This document shows, piece by piece, positions 51,501-57,894 of a DNA stretch of 57,894 bases. Below the pieces are notes generated by a model, which saw only the letters and a program-made list of their open reading frames with translations, did not search any database and was not told where the DNA came from. A program made the translations under genes and the position numbers. Positions within the stretch are counted from its first letter, which is position 1. Each line of letters begins with the position of its first letter. Origin of the DNA: Alphaproteobacteria bacterium (GTDB lineage Bacteria; Pseudomonadota; Alphaproteobacteria; RF32; CAG-239); the NCBI GenBank assembly GCA_045634545.1, contig JAZRAL010000012.1, forward strand, positions 1 to 57,894, read 5' to 3'.

Positions 51501-54500
51501 CTATATATACAACACCATTAAAGACATGGGATACAATAGCTACAGCTAATGGAATAAAATGTTATTTATCACCTCAACCAACACATATTGTAAAATATTA
51601 TGAGCCATATTATAGTGGTTCAGGTACTTCATCAGGTGACGAAACATGTTACAATGTTGTAGGTGTTGACTTTATCCGTGGTGGAATAGAGCGCTATAAT
51701 AGTTATACCGGCGAACTTTTCGATACTATTGAAGCAGAAGATGTTTCTGATAGATTTACAATAGATAGTATCAATTCTGTTGGCTATGGAACAACTAAAT
51801 GTAGTGGAGGCTATCTAGACAGTGGTTCTACAAATTATCTATTTAACCACCTCCGTTCTAATAGAAGCTTAGAGAGTAATTACATGAGTGCTGTCTACAC
51901 CTGTGATAGTCAAGGAAGAGCAACAGCTTGTATTGATAAATTCAATGATTATCGTACAAATGTATTCTCTGGAGATACACTTAATAGAACTTTATTAACT
52001 CCATCCATAGGTAACTGCCATTACTCTCAATATGAATTCCAAAATATGTCGCCTTACCAACAGGAGGAAGAGTATTCGTTCTATCATAGTAAGAGTAGCA
52101 CAATATATGCCGGCAGAACTTTAACATTAATTGAACAGAATGATTATACAAGACGAAATGCTATATTTAATGATGATAATGGTTTTGTTACAGTATCACT
52201 TCCAACAAAAGAAACCAAAACCACTGCTCCGGGAGTTCCAGGTAATTCTGTAACAATAGACACTCAACCAGCAGAAGTGAGAGTCCCATCAGGGGTATCT
52301 ATAAGTGACGTTCATTTTACTGCTACATATAAAGTAGATTGTTATGCAAATAATTCAACATCACCAACAAGTAGTGCAAACATAACCCATACATTTAATG
52401 GTACAAATACAGAAGTATTAGGAACACATACTTGTGGAACAGCTAACGGCAATGCGCCTTACAGTGCAAAAGTAACTCTTAAAGGCATTTCTATACAATC
52501 TATTCCTTCTGGATATGGATTACGTTATCAACACAAGAATAAGAATATAGGATCTAGTGTTACATACGATGATAAAACTAGCGGTATTATAACAGCACCA
52601 ACAGGATATGGGGTAGCTACAAAATCTTCTAATAAATGGGGTGGAAGATGTACATCACCACTTATCTATGATGTAGATATTCCAGTTCCAGATGATGATG
52701 AGTGTCCTGATGGATTGTACTATTATGACGAAGATCCAAATGATACATATGCAAATGATGAAACAAACCCATATGTATATACACAAGACGATTCTAATCC
52801 AAATTGTTATAGCATAAGTTGTGGATTTGTTACACATGATTTTGCTAATTATACTGTAACGAGAAATTTAGCGACAGTAGCTCCAGCAATAGCAGGATTT
52901 AATGAGCCAATTAAATCAAAAGATACAAAAGCTAACTCCGTAAAACAATGTTATTTATCACCAGAACCAACACACTGGGTACTCTATTATGATACCTATA
53001 AGAGTGGTAGCTATAAATGTTATGAACCAGTGGGTACTGATTATCTACTAGGTGAATCATATTTTAACGGTGGACGCAGGGGAGTGTATAAAGATACAAT
53101 AGATGTATCTCGTTACTATAGAATAACAGACGTTAATAGCCAAAATATGATGGCAACAGAAGAGAATTGTACAGATGAAATGCTAAAAGATAATGAGTTT
53201 ACTGCAATAGATTACTATGATAGTTATCCTAGTAGCAAATTAAAAACAATTAATTCATATCTAAACTGCACAGGATCAGGGCAAAATTATGAGGCAGATG
53301 CTTGTATTTATACGGTAGATGAGTATCAAACTGATCTTAACGTCTTTAGTAACATGACTGAAAATCACGTTGGAAACTGCACTAAATTAAATAGCATAGC
53401 CACAGAACTTGCTACTAGTTTAGTATATGGCGTGACAATTAAAGATACTAACGGAGAAGTAATAAAGTATAACCGAATAACACATCCAGATGATGCCGCA
53501 GAGGATAGCGATACTGATAAAACCTTATTTATTATATCTGAAGAAGTTTATGAAGATCATCATATAAATATAAAATCAAATGATGATGAAGGGTTTGTTA
53601 CTGCACAATTTGGATATGAATATAATATTAGTGGAAATAATAAAACGCTAGAACTTAGCAACAAAGCAACTTATTTCCCAGATACAAACTCTGAAACAAA
53701 CACATCATTTATGTTTGTGATGAATGTAAGTAAGTGCATGCTTGATGGTTCAGATAACTATAGCTATGTATATAAATATGAAAATGGTACAGGATACTGG
53801 ACAGAGAAGATAAATGGTAATGTTAACAGAACTGAATATGGCTCTTCAATTAGTAAAACATTTTATACTACAAAAAGTTGGAATTCACCTAAATATGAGT
53901 CATCCGCAGAATGTGCTCCTACATATTACCTAACCGCTAATGGAATAGGTGATTATGGTTTCCGTTGGACAATGGGGTCAATAAAAGATTCAGGAATTTT
54001 AGGTGGAGGTGTATTGAAAACACCTAAGAGCTATGGAAGAGTAAAACAAGGTGACTGGGGTGGTAGATGTGAAGAAAACAAAGGAACAACATCTGGTATT
54101 GTAGCAGAATGTCCTCAAGGTGATATAGTATTTGATAGAACTGATCCTGATGTAGATAGATTATTCTATAGCGAAACTATTGATGGCAGAAGCTATAGCC
54201 CAATAACAGATTTCTATGATTTAACACGCGCTAATAGTCAATTGTATTGCTTATCACCTACAGCTACATGTAAAACAACATTAACGACGTATGATGAATG
54301 GCTCGATAGTGAAGAATGGGTTGGTGAATTCTCCGAGGCAATTTATGATGAAACTGGCAATGAAAATATAATTGACATATACGATGGATTAGGTGTGATG
54401 GCTGATAATAATGGGTATTGTGTAAAATCAGCTGATAATTCTTGTCCAGATGGATATGTATCATCACAAACATCACCTGCTCCAAGCACACAGTATTTTG

Positions 54501-55903
54501 ATGTTTCATATACTTCTACAGCTAATGGAACAATGTGTTGGAAATCTGACGACTGTAATAATAGTAATCGTTACTATGCATACAGTAGTAGCGCAAACCT
54601 AGATTGTCATGAAGCATATAGTTCTAAAGGCAATTTGATGAAATGTTGCCAACAAGAATACTATTTAAATTGTACTTATAAAGTACCAGAAACACCTAGT
54701 GGACAAACTTATATATTAACAGAAAATATTAATGGGATGTCTGGATTGTATGGTGAAGTGAGTTGTTCATGGTTAGATGGAAAGTTCCCAATAAGCAATT
54801 ATTGCAACCCTCTAAATAGAACTCTATATATCAAAGATAAGGAAGTTCACTATGGTGCAAATCCAACATCAATAAACACAGTAAATAAAAATTATAAGCT
54901 TTATAATGATATTATTTATCAAAGTACCTTAAACTCAACATTTGTTGTTGGAGCTGGTCAAGTACCATTATCAACAAGTTCTGTGTCAGGTGTGTATGTA
55001 TATGACTACATTGATAATGGTAGTTTATATGCAACAGCTAAGATTGTAAATGAAGGTACATTATATGCATGTGATTCTAACGGAAATAATTGTAAAACAA
55101 GCGCAACTACAACATGTAGTGGAGGTGAAACTGTTACTGTAAATTACAATTCTAATTATGTAACACCTCCGGATACTGAAACTACAGGTTGCGATATCGG
55201 ATATACAAGTACGTCAAGCTTGATATTAGAGCGAGCTCAATGGGATGTAACAAAATATACCTTAAGTGATGGAACTACTTGTGCTAAAGCAAGTTGCAAA
55301 AGTGATGCAATAAGTAGTACTACTCTAAAAACTGGATATACTTGCACAATGAACCCTGTTACAGGAACAACACCATATTGTTGTATGGAATCAACTACTG
55401 AATATCCAAATAGTTATGAAATCACTATTATTCAAGATTGTGATACTATTAATGATGTGTGCTCAGTAAAAGTAACAGGCCTAAATTTTGTACTTGACAG
55501 CGGATCTATGATATTGCCAGATGATAGTACCATAAATCCTACAACTTTTGATGTTTATGTTTCTCCATACGTAAATAATATAAGACATGTAAGTTATAGC
55601 GGAACTTTTAATACATTAACGGAAGTATATTACAAAACCAATAGCCTTACAGGCTGGAGTACATGTTTTGATTCTCTTGGACAAAACGAGTGCACAAGAC
55701 CTTCTGAAATAACAGGTTGTGAAACAGCATTAACAAATAGCACTTATATTAAAGCTCCTGATGGTAGTATAGATGCTGATAATCCGCTAGGAAAGATTAC
55801 ATTCACAATAAATGGAGTATCAAAGACAGTGGGGATACATGAACTAAATGTGCTTTGTACTGTAGCTGGCTCTGGTTCTTCAACGCTTCAGCCTATGAAT
55901 TAA
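39542..55903 (+). CDS. Giant (5453 aa) secreted cysteine-rich tandem-repeat protein of unknown function
   Basis: Uninterrupted ORF; Sec-type signal peptide ending ...VSEA; own promoter and terminator. GTG 39542 and ATG 39545 are both possible starts. Confidence 0.9.
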   Translation: MMTRKLIFVVAAALGIVWSGVSEAKVCRLGDEGCETSEFFGTGDGQCDASYKPCLDPRAGATYCYGVYGGGDTPQALYRDEDCCSSLAANGYQECLINEGKAGYGLSCRGAVSNTTYWQYCGCSYGFVEVDESGLINGGIVEDLISGDLVPYESRCGEAGWGIGECQFAQCNEDRRFFYENGGEHCKYRLGTRCGGFGCMQVYDCNHDEEVIDTGKEYYRNENHFLADGVQNFIPFYGEDLVSNERLSDDVVKLILATSNRQVPPFVEGVHYEDYNVVNRYVCRYIKEDGNKTTHDVEDTGGGFSCNTVPNYCYLWDGCNEDRRWYNSGASTEPVNAGAIYNSDLYYQIWLNVVEKDADYHPENVHAGEIPQHLNFYRDGDVNPTYGLYEPIEGSIDGKNLSLCTLENGCIRDDKGCTYIRGDCHQDGVEYPSHRCWKKVSCTEENRFYASFMNAATISVDSDGNITGETNNLYESSLSEPYYTGFYGALEDPETEIYPACVYEINNCNDATGCYRKSLATGCIEDFEDVREHLTIEDDWTPWFEFLWPLCNDNTRCYKATSCDLSMGAYSSEPNTLFFQTISSTATGLTCYKGVDCYYEYGAYSSEPNTSFFSAINSHATSSICYRGESCHLEAGAYSSVPNLYFFKIDESIASGSTCYRGVECLGLDSGAYTSEPNTSFFNTIGSAASSSTCYRGTSCNIDAGAYSSIPNTLFFELSDSSASGSICYRGDSCYFEIGVYSSEPNTSFFENIDSLASGSTCYRGQNCNFDSGAYTSEPNTLFFDAISSIATGSTCYRGQGCDIEIGAYSSEPNTLFFKTISSLATGSTCYRGEACNVEMGAYTSEPNTSFFELIDSHATGSTCYRGDSCHIDAGAYSSTPNTLFFAVFSSTASGSTCYRGVECLDKDGGVYTSSPNTEFFNVIHSLASSSGCYRGESCNIEQGSYSSEPNTSFFEVINSSASGSICYRGKDCYIEAGAYGTTPNEEFFNVIESVATGLTCYRGEDCNLEKGSYSSEPNTVFFIAINSIASGSTCYRAEDCAETAISEELKNTSFFVFISSAATGSTCYRSTSCRFDVGAYSSTPNTSFFDVLNSMNALQDSTCYRGGGCNIKAGAYTSEPNTSFFTFITSLASGSTSYRVDGYCADCGAYTSTPNTSFFDVITSLGSGSIVYRAQGEHLAAGSYKSEPNTSFFMNISSIASGSVAYRSEESHIAAGAYSSSPNPLFFNVIVSHSSGSISYRADRASSDTIETNTSFFLGIHSLASGSIAYRSEKAHLAAGAYSSTPNTSFFYVISSYGSGSIAYRAENTHFAAGAYTSEPNTTFFNTIHSVASGSIAYRADKHCEDCGSYGTSPNTSFFLNIYSVASGSTSYRVIDQHIAAGAYKSEPNTSFFDVIKSLGTGIEAYRAQGAHLKAGAYSSAPNTSFFLNSTSEASGSTAYRGDAAHIKAGAYTSEPNLAFFIVDKSLASGSTCYRGAECAISAVSGERTNSSFFVYTQSAASGSTCYRSSACRLDIGAYSSAPNTSFFNVLTSTNAQNDSTCYRTDGCNIKAGAYSAAPNTSFFKYVTSEASGSISYRAEQHCADCGAYTSKPNTSFFIVISSHSSGSISYRAESSHLRAGAYTSSPNTLFFNVIKSVSSGSTSYRAESVDWLKGNYSSSPNTLFFSTIRSHASGSSAYRADTAKLLEGAYTSAPNTSFFIYSYSHASGIYAYRGDEIHLKAGAYTSAPNTMFFNTIRSLASGTISYRADGICKADVCGGGTPHVYTKEPNTSFFNVLESSASGSKAYRSDGPGIGAYSSSPNTSFFIVISSKASGSVAYRGEKSHIAAGAYSSTPNPLFFDIVISLASGSISYRAVEANFNRGAYTSKPNTSFFIGLSSHASGSTSYRTGPVNLQAGAYTSSPNTLFFYVINSKASGSIAYRGERVHIEAGAYTSAPNTMFFSTIKSLASGSTSYRASGQGGGGYSEKPNTSFFNLVDSKASGLTCYRGTSCRENVGTYTSTPNTSFFKVIKSTASGSACYRGQECATSAKTQKQMNEPFYISSISNREYYYTYFFGFVNSKASGSTCYRAKTYCPTVSAFANYTTAPNTSYFVNVSLKDTTLDGYTGTCYIADHCHTAAGAYSFKPNELFFVNSSAVASDVGCYRGNKCVNAAYDTTPNTLFFTVISSKASGSTCFRSTGCNTKVGAYTAKPNTMYFDVIESSASGKTCYRAKECSENAIDTKLSSSFFVTSFSNSSGTDCYRGDVCHQKAGAYTDAPNAYFFEVAESHSPTESCYRGTACSSTAAPSQNTSFFRKDTYQLSIASGSRCYRGKDCNAAAGAHTSEPDRLYFNTSKKTEGTTCYRATSCNKSEGAVTEAEHNTAYFNYTSKTASSSTCYRATSCNTAAGALTNANINTVFFKYSQLTHTGNTCYRVSSCSEKASDPKNTSYFTGSFDQSTQSGKTCYRGKECHIAAGAYTSKPNASFFNVGEKVEGTTCYRGTSCNSSAGAYKTSETEIYFNYISSTASKSTCYRATSCNEENSSPTEPYFDNVGDDGVDAFCGISTTIQTGIKCYYPTKCKEDPCSNPPCSAPDYSCGDVTDYRQYCNCCEAKLIHEELPGLNTTYSKAKEYYITKVTKEFAGKKCYGIAGCASGEEYPEGCDTKYFKPEYGPYCNVSCGNPQRKDECHLDEEEIGTYSHAKIYIWGNEKTCGYLTLKEAIGCNEANNSYPLGTVFDRVKNQYGQYYDFDEVFKAYSNISKCEGTAGKCLHLCSCRGDLGWSSSKVNGKPYIEVTTDQFSSGQLGNDTTTSSIIPTLSNTTPFGPTIREGMLVSEMTPIDVYANTTSLSSSKQLLASTEGKATCYKSVDCPDGYVFFGKGKDYYTQRAGTAHRWIWANTGDPVKDNYCAIKQCSSEYFVPEDDGSYDCSDIDGFSCCKERDEDKVCPDYFVFNFNYSLSLQMASENCFSPDINNCAEKLNNLTVTYSFAHPDASVNTNGISVEDSDDFLDVDAFGFMYNLRNTSTGAISETDSMPHHATCKNINYSGTQGICATDINSSTLTIYNVESTGGNYYTTTGCSGSGSICRTFDGFDGIIVKGKTYRDGSKIKIKLNNHYQGITKECEPTVRFNEPEKCPDGYFVDKPDGNYFSYDTKTLSDGTKCYKARCGGNYGLSSTESGQSLATYHDINCYCPSGTYYYSDPEEAYRGVDQFYFKEGRVPGCYEAACKYPQGRADLLFSGYGVVNCPGAPCYTGGGSMPADQMSKPSNADTYFDYDSVTHEYDGKTCYYNIDCNSDRGYTSTDTRIGCRTWGSKTCCQDCPTNSFYSETKPEDDTAHIFTNSVSGSNCWKIECNEENGYYLGGPNDVHSLGSSFGVDSVSCGKGGCPEGYYTTKPNLDYFVIIDQKEIGDYICYKADCASGYSSSAKNTPNSVGGTWHGHACYKEMETECPQYIKYFISYNRDTGTNLQGQYTKINNFSVRYEIDGDGDSITVKGPHQEFGIQASIEGWSNSTSLPYVLDCPLTSSTLNQCVDKSDETDYGLDESGSLDVCQYDGASICDCSSCVFTEITGIYINGNYIGENNGSNTTIISIDNGAGGKDCNVPVYYEINGDGGDLPEPEEECPAGYYEYTMDPDTRYFNVVDSGVTINGNKCLQVNGCQAGYVNAQAYTAKNLPLPSPVSGVSGPQGTWYCYNDVITVGYYFYCDGGFEGETDAALQQYNGTYNKLSSVSYINQQTCDFYYGVGGTSYPECNIAGWVGTLSGAVPVANDEIEINFDGYQAYTSQITGCGDTATLTTTYKCTYQTQNGESRYFCTMPGGTAIGGNDFANPFKDENSGVVPYCSQNGQTGSYTCELNRAGTNSLISSSTEVLSGLKLRYPANGLVADIPNSKITYLPLNYNTNTGNLRIHHLYYNGSSYVSAASTAFNKGSVVSCPSGSYYYGYASPLRDDSIYEYTEVGGNGSGCYKVACDETIELGVYSAAMDTTKSIASPLLTSPAAGETNPIYTTPLKTWDTIATANGIKCYLSPQPTHIVKYYEPYYSGSGTSSGDETCYNVVGVDFIRGGIERYNSYTGELFDTIEAEDVSDRFTIDSINSVGYGTTKCSGGYLDSGSTNYLFNHLRSNRSLESNYMSAVYTCDSQGRATACIDKFNDYRTNVFSGDTLNRTLLTPSIGNCHYSQYEFQNMSPYQQEEEYSFYHSKSSTIYAGRTLTLIEQNDYTRRNAIFNDDNGFVTVSLPTKETKTTAPGVPGNSVTIDTQPAEVRVPSGVSISDVHFTATYKVDCYANNSTSPTSSANITHTFNGTNTEVLGTHTCGTANGNAPYSAKVTLKGISIQSIPSGYGLRYQHKNKNIGSSVTYDDKTSGIITAPTGYGVATKSSNKWGGRCTSPLIYDVDIPVPDDDECPDGLYYYDEDPNDTYANDETNPYVYTQDDSNPNCYSISCGFVTHDFANYTVTRNLATVAPAIAGFNEPIKSKDTKANSVKQCYLSPEPTHWVLYYDTYKSGSYKCYEPVGTDYLLGESYFNGGRRGVYKDTIDVSRYYRITDVNSQNMMATEENCTDEMLKDNEFTAIDYYDSYPSSKLKTINSYLNCTGSGQNYEADACIYTVDEYQTDLNVFSNMTENHVGNCTKLNSIATELATSLVYGVTIKDTNGEVIKYNRITHPDDAAEDSDTDKTLFIISEEVYEDHHINIKSNDDEGFVTAQFGYEYNISGNNKTLELSNKATYFPDTNSETNTSFMFVMNVSKCMLDGSDNYSYVYKYENGTGYWTEKINGNVNRTEYGSSISKTFYTTKSWNSPKYESSAECAPTYYLTANGIGDYGFRWTMGSIKDSGILGGGVLKTPKSYGRVKQGDWGGRCEENKGTTSGIVAECPQGDIVFDRTDPDVDRLFYSETIDGRSYSPITDFYDLTRANSQLYCLSPTATCKTTLTTYDEWLDSEEWVGEFSEAIYDETGNENIIDIYDGLGVMADNNGYCVKSADNSCPDGYVSSQTSPAPSTQYFDVSYTSTANGTMCWKSDDCNNSNRYYAYSSSANLDCHEAYSSKGNLMKCCQQEYYLNCTYKVPETPSGQTYILTENINGMSGLYGEVSCSWLDGKFPISNYCNPLNRTLYIKDKEVHYGANPTSINTVNKNYKLYNDIIYQSTLNSTFVVGAGQVPLSTSSVSGVYVYDYIDNGSLYATAKIVNEGTLYACDSNGNNCKTSATTTCSGGETVTVNYNSNYVTPPDTETTGCDIGYTSTSSLILERAQWDVTKYTLSDGTTCAKASCKSDAISSTTLKTGYTCTMNPVTGTTPYCCMESTTEYPNSYEITIIQDCDTINDVCSVKVTGLNFVLDSGSMILPDDSTINPTTFDVYVSPYVNNIRHVSYSGTFNTLTEVYYKTNSLTGWSTCFDSLGQNECTRPSEITGCETALTNSTYIKAPDGSIDADNPLGKITFTINGVSKTVGIHELNVLCTVAGSGSSTLQPMN
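41243..47104 (+). repeat. Intragenic tandem array, ~57 units of ~102 bp (34 aa)
   Basis: Manual count of units with consensus GAY(S/T)SxPNT(S/L)FFxxIxSxASGSTCYRGxxCxxxA. Confidence 0.92.
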
Positions 55904-55924
55904 AAGGAGTTGAAATAGTGAAGG

Positions 55925-55954
55925 AAGGCGCTGGCTGAGGCTAGCGCTTTTTTT
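55925..55954 (+). terminator. Terminator of the giant gene
   Basis: aaggcgctggc-tgag-gctagcgctttttttt. Confidence 0.8.
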
Positions 55955-55956
55955 GT

Positions 55957-56036
55957 GAGTTCCCATGACGTTTTGCTTGTCGCAAAACGAGGGATAACTG
56001 GTTTGGAGTATGAGGCGAAGTAAACGAGGGATGACG
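55957..56036 (-). repeat. Bulged palindromic element, copy 5 (inverted) with its half copy
   Basis: Reverse complement reads gtcatccctcgtttac...catactccaaacca-gttatccct-cgttttgc-gacaa-gcaaaacg-tca-tgggaactc. Confidence 0.85.
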
Positions 56037-56059
56037 GGGGGGAGAATAAGGTAAATAGA

Positions 56060-56155
56060 AAATAAAAAAGCCACTGCTGTGGGGGCAACAGTGGCACGGG
56101 TTTGTTAAGGTCTTATATATCTTTAGGTTATATTCTTATTCTTTATTACTATCTA
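56060..56155 (-). ncRNA. Candidate small RNA (~95 nt)
   Basis: Minus-strand promoter TTGAAT-N17-TATATT (56189-56161), terminator gccactgttg-ccccca-cagcagtggc-tttttt, no ATG in between. Confidence 0.45.
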
Positions 56156-56300
56156 ATATAAATATATCACAAAAAAGGGATGTATTCAAGTAAAATTTTT
56201 AAAAAAAATGAAAAAATTTAAAATAATTTCAATAAGTTCTTGAATCTTGAAATAACATTTTGTATCATCCCCAAGCTTATGCATAAAAGAGGAGAAGAAT

Positions 56301-57578
56301 ATGTATAATACTTTCTGTGGTATAGACTTTGGAACCACAAATTCCGCTGTGTCCGTTACAAAATTAAACCAAAATCCGAAACTTGTTTCTTTTGAGAATA
56401 ATAAATCAACGATTCCTTCTGCAATATTTTTTCCAGAAGAAAATACTTATTCGCCAATTTTTGGAAATAAAGCTATTAATCTATATATAAATGGCGAACA
56501 AGGAAGATTTATGAGGTCATTAAAAAGAATCCTCGGAACAGATTTAATGAACTTAAAGACAGAAGTTAATGATATTAGGCTAAGTTTTGAGGATATTATT
56601 CTTTATTTTATAAAATACTTAAAACAAACTGCAGAAATTGAAATAAACCAATCGCTAGATAGCGTTGTCTTGGGTAGACCAGTGCATTTTCAAGATTTCG
56701 CTCCAGATGAAGATGAAAAAGCCGAGTCTGTTTTAAGAAAAATAGCAAGGTCTGCAGGCTTTAAGAATATTGCCTTTCAATATGAGCCATTGGCGGCTGC
56801 TTTTTCTCATGAAGCAAAGCTAGAAAAAGAGTGTTTGGCTTGTGTTATCGATATTGGCGGTGGTACATCTGACTTTAGTATCGTTAGACTTGGTAAAAAT
56901 AATATCAAAAAACATGACAGATCAGATGATATCTTGGCAAATACCGGTATAAGAATTGGTGGAAACGATTTTGATAGCGATTTAGCTATAAAGTGTTTTA
57001 TGCAAGAATTTGGATATAAAACACTATTAAAACCAGATGATTATACTGGTCGAGTCTTGCCAGTGCCTTTTCAGCCTTATGTTATGCTTTCTGAGTGGAG
57101 TAGCATAAACTCCTTATATACTTATTCTTCTCAGAAAAATATAAAACAAATCTATGAACGTGCAAGTATGCCAGATAAAGTCTTTAATCTTTATGAGATT
57201 GTTAAAAAAGAACTTGGACATACACTATTAAATAAAGTAGAAGAAGCAAAAATTAAGCTAAGTAATATGGATGAAGTAGTGACGAGTCTCGATTTTTTAT
57301 CTAAAAAACCAGTTGTTGATTCTAATATTAAAGATTTTGAGAACGCAATAGCTAATAATACAGCAAAAATTGTAAACTCGTTAAATGAATGTGTGAAAGA
57401 AGCAAAAATAAATAATAATGATATAAAACTATTGATACTTACCGGAGGCTCTACGGAAATACCATATATAAAGAATACTATATTAAAATTGTTTCCTAAT
57501 GCAAAAATATCAGAAGACAATAAATTGTCATCTGTTGCTATGGGGCTGTCATATGATGCAAGAAGAATATATGGGTAG
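56301..57578 (+). CDS. Hsp70-family protein, YegD-like (no substrate-binding domain)
   Basis: GIDFGTTNS, GRFMRSLKRILG, VLGRPVHF, EPLAAA, DIGGGTSDFS, LTGGS; 425 aa. Confidence 0.9.
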   Translation: MYNTFCGIDFGTTNSAVSVTKLNQNPKLVSFENNKSTIPSAIFFPEENTYSPIFGNKAINLYINGEQGRFMRSLKRILGTDLMNLKTEVNDIRLSFEDIILYFIKYLKQTAEIEINQSLDSVVLGRPVHFQDFAPDEDEKAESVLRKIARSAGFKNIAFQYEPLAAAFSHEAKLEKECLACVIDIGGGTSDFSIVRLGKNNIKKHDRSDDILANTGIRIGGNDFDSDLAIKCFMQEFGYKTLLKPDDYTGRVLPVPFQPYVMLSEWSSINSLYTYSSQKNIKQIYERASMPDKVFNLYEIVKKELGHTLLNKVEEAKIKLSNMDEVVTSLDFLSKKPVVDSNIKDFENAIANNTAKIVNSLNECVKEAKINNNDIKLLILTGGSTEIPYIKNTILKLFPNAKISEDNKLSSVAMGLSYDARRIYG

Positions 57579-57729
57579 AGTCTTTATTTTATAAAAGAGT
57601 CTTATATATAAAAAATCATATAGCTAATATATATAGTGGTTTTTATCATGTTTTTACTTATAAATAATATATTTTAAAAACAAATGATTAAATTTTAAAT
57701 CAAGTAAAACAGGGGTTTAGAGATTTTTT

Positions 57730-57801
57730 GAAAAAAAAGTTTAAAAAAGTGAAATTTTTTTTAAAAAAAGTGTTGACTTCTGCAAAAGGTGGTTATATAA
57801 G
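57730..57801 (+). promoter_or_regulatory. Strong promoter, probably for a stable RNA (rRNA/tRNA) transcript beyond the window
   Basis: A/T tracts (UP-like), TTGACT-N17-TATAAG, GC-richer non-coding leader. Confidence 0.5.
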
Positions 57802-57894
57802 TTCGTTCACCGGAGCGATGCAAGATGATACAAAATCTTGACAAGTGGTTGCGGTCTCAAGCTAAGGTTTGAGTAGGTTATAAGAAAATAGTAA

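Noticed and set aside
54500-55903. Autotransporter beta-barrel at the end of the giant protein
   Set aside because: The C-terminus remains Cys-rich and lacks the terminal aromatic residue and amphipathic strand pattern.
55880-56097. 64/65-aa minus-strand ORFs after the giant gene
   Set aside because: They read through the palindromic element and terminator hairpins; no RBS.
293-57520. Many short ORFs antisense to or out of frame within real genes (e.g. 1082-1582, 9742-10134, 23594-23956, 43518-43862, 46236-46616, 57191-57520)
   Set aside because: Shadow ORFs fully overlapping well-supported genes; no RBS or motifs. Those in the giant gene simply mirror its repeats.
1-57894. Alternative genetic code
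   Set aside because: Conserved genes are full length under code 11 and end at TAA, TAG or TGA (pyrH ends at TGA at the expected position).

Overview
AT-rich window from a diderm bacterium. Gene order (pyrH-frr-uppS-cdsA-rseP-bamA, plsY-dprA-topA, yajC-secD-secF, small ORF-murA) and the tRNA-Gly sequence point to an alphaproteobacterium, probably host-associated with a streamlined genome (inference). The first ~27 kb are housekeeping genes, with several usual neighbours missing locally (dxr, pyrB/pyrC, sufCDS, VWA partners of MoxR). Downstream of an atypical tRNA-Gly(GCC) is an accessory block. It holds a structured tRNA-linked element, an orphan PilT/DotB-family ATPase and five paralogous ankyrin genes. 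The ankyrin genes are arranged in three units, each with a near-identical promoter and bounded by a bulged palindromic element. Their repeats vary mainly at the target-binding positions, and all five end in a MinD-like amphipathic tail. After mlaA/mlaC comes a 16.4-kb gene for a 5453-aa secreted Cys-rich protein with ~57 tandem 34-aa repeats. The window ends with a candidate promoter-and-terminator-defined sRNA, a YegD-like Hsp70 and a probable stable-RNA promoter. The best candidates for an undescribed system are the ankyrin cassette array and the giant repeat protein. No database searches were run; calls rest on motif recognition and manual inspection.
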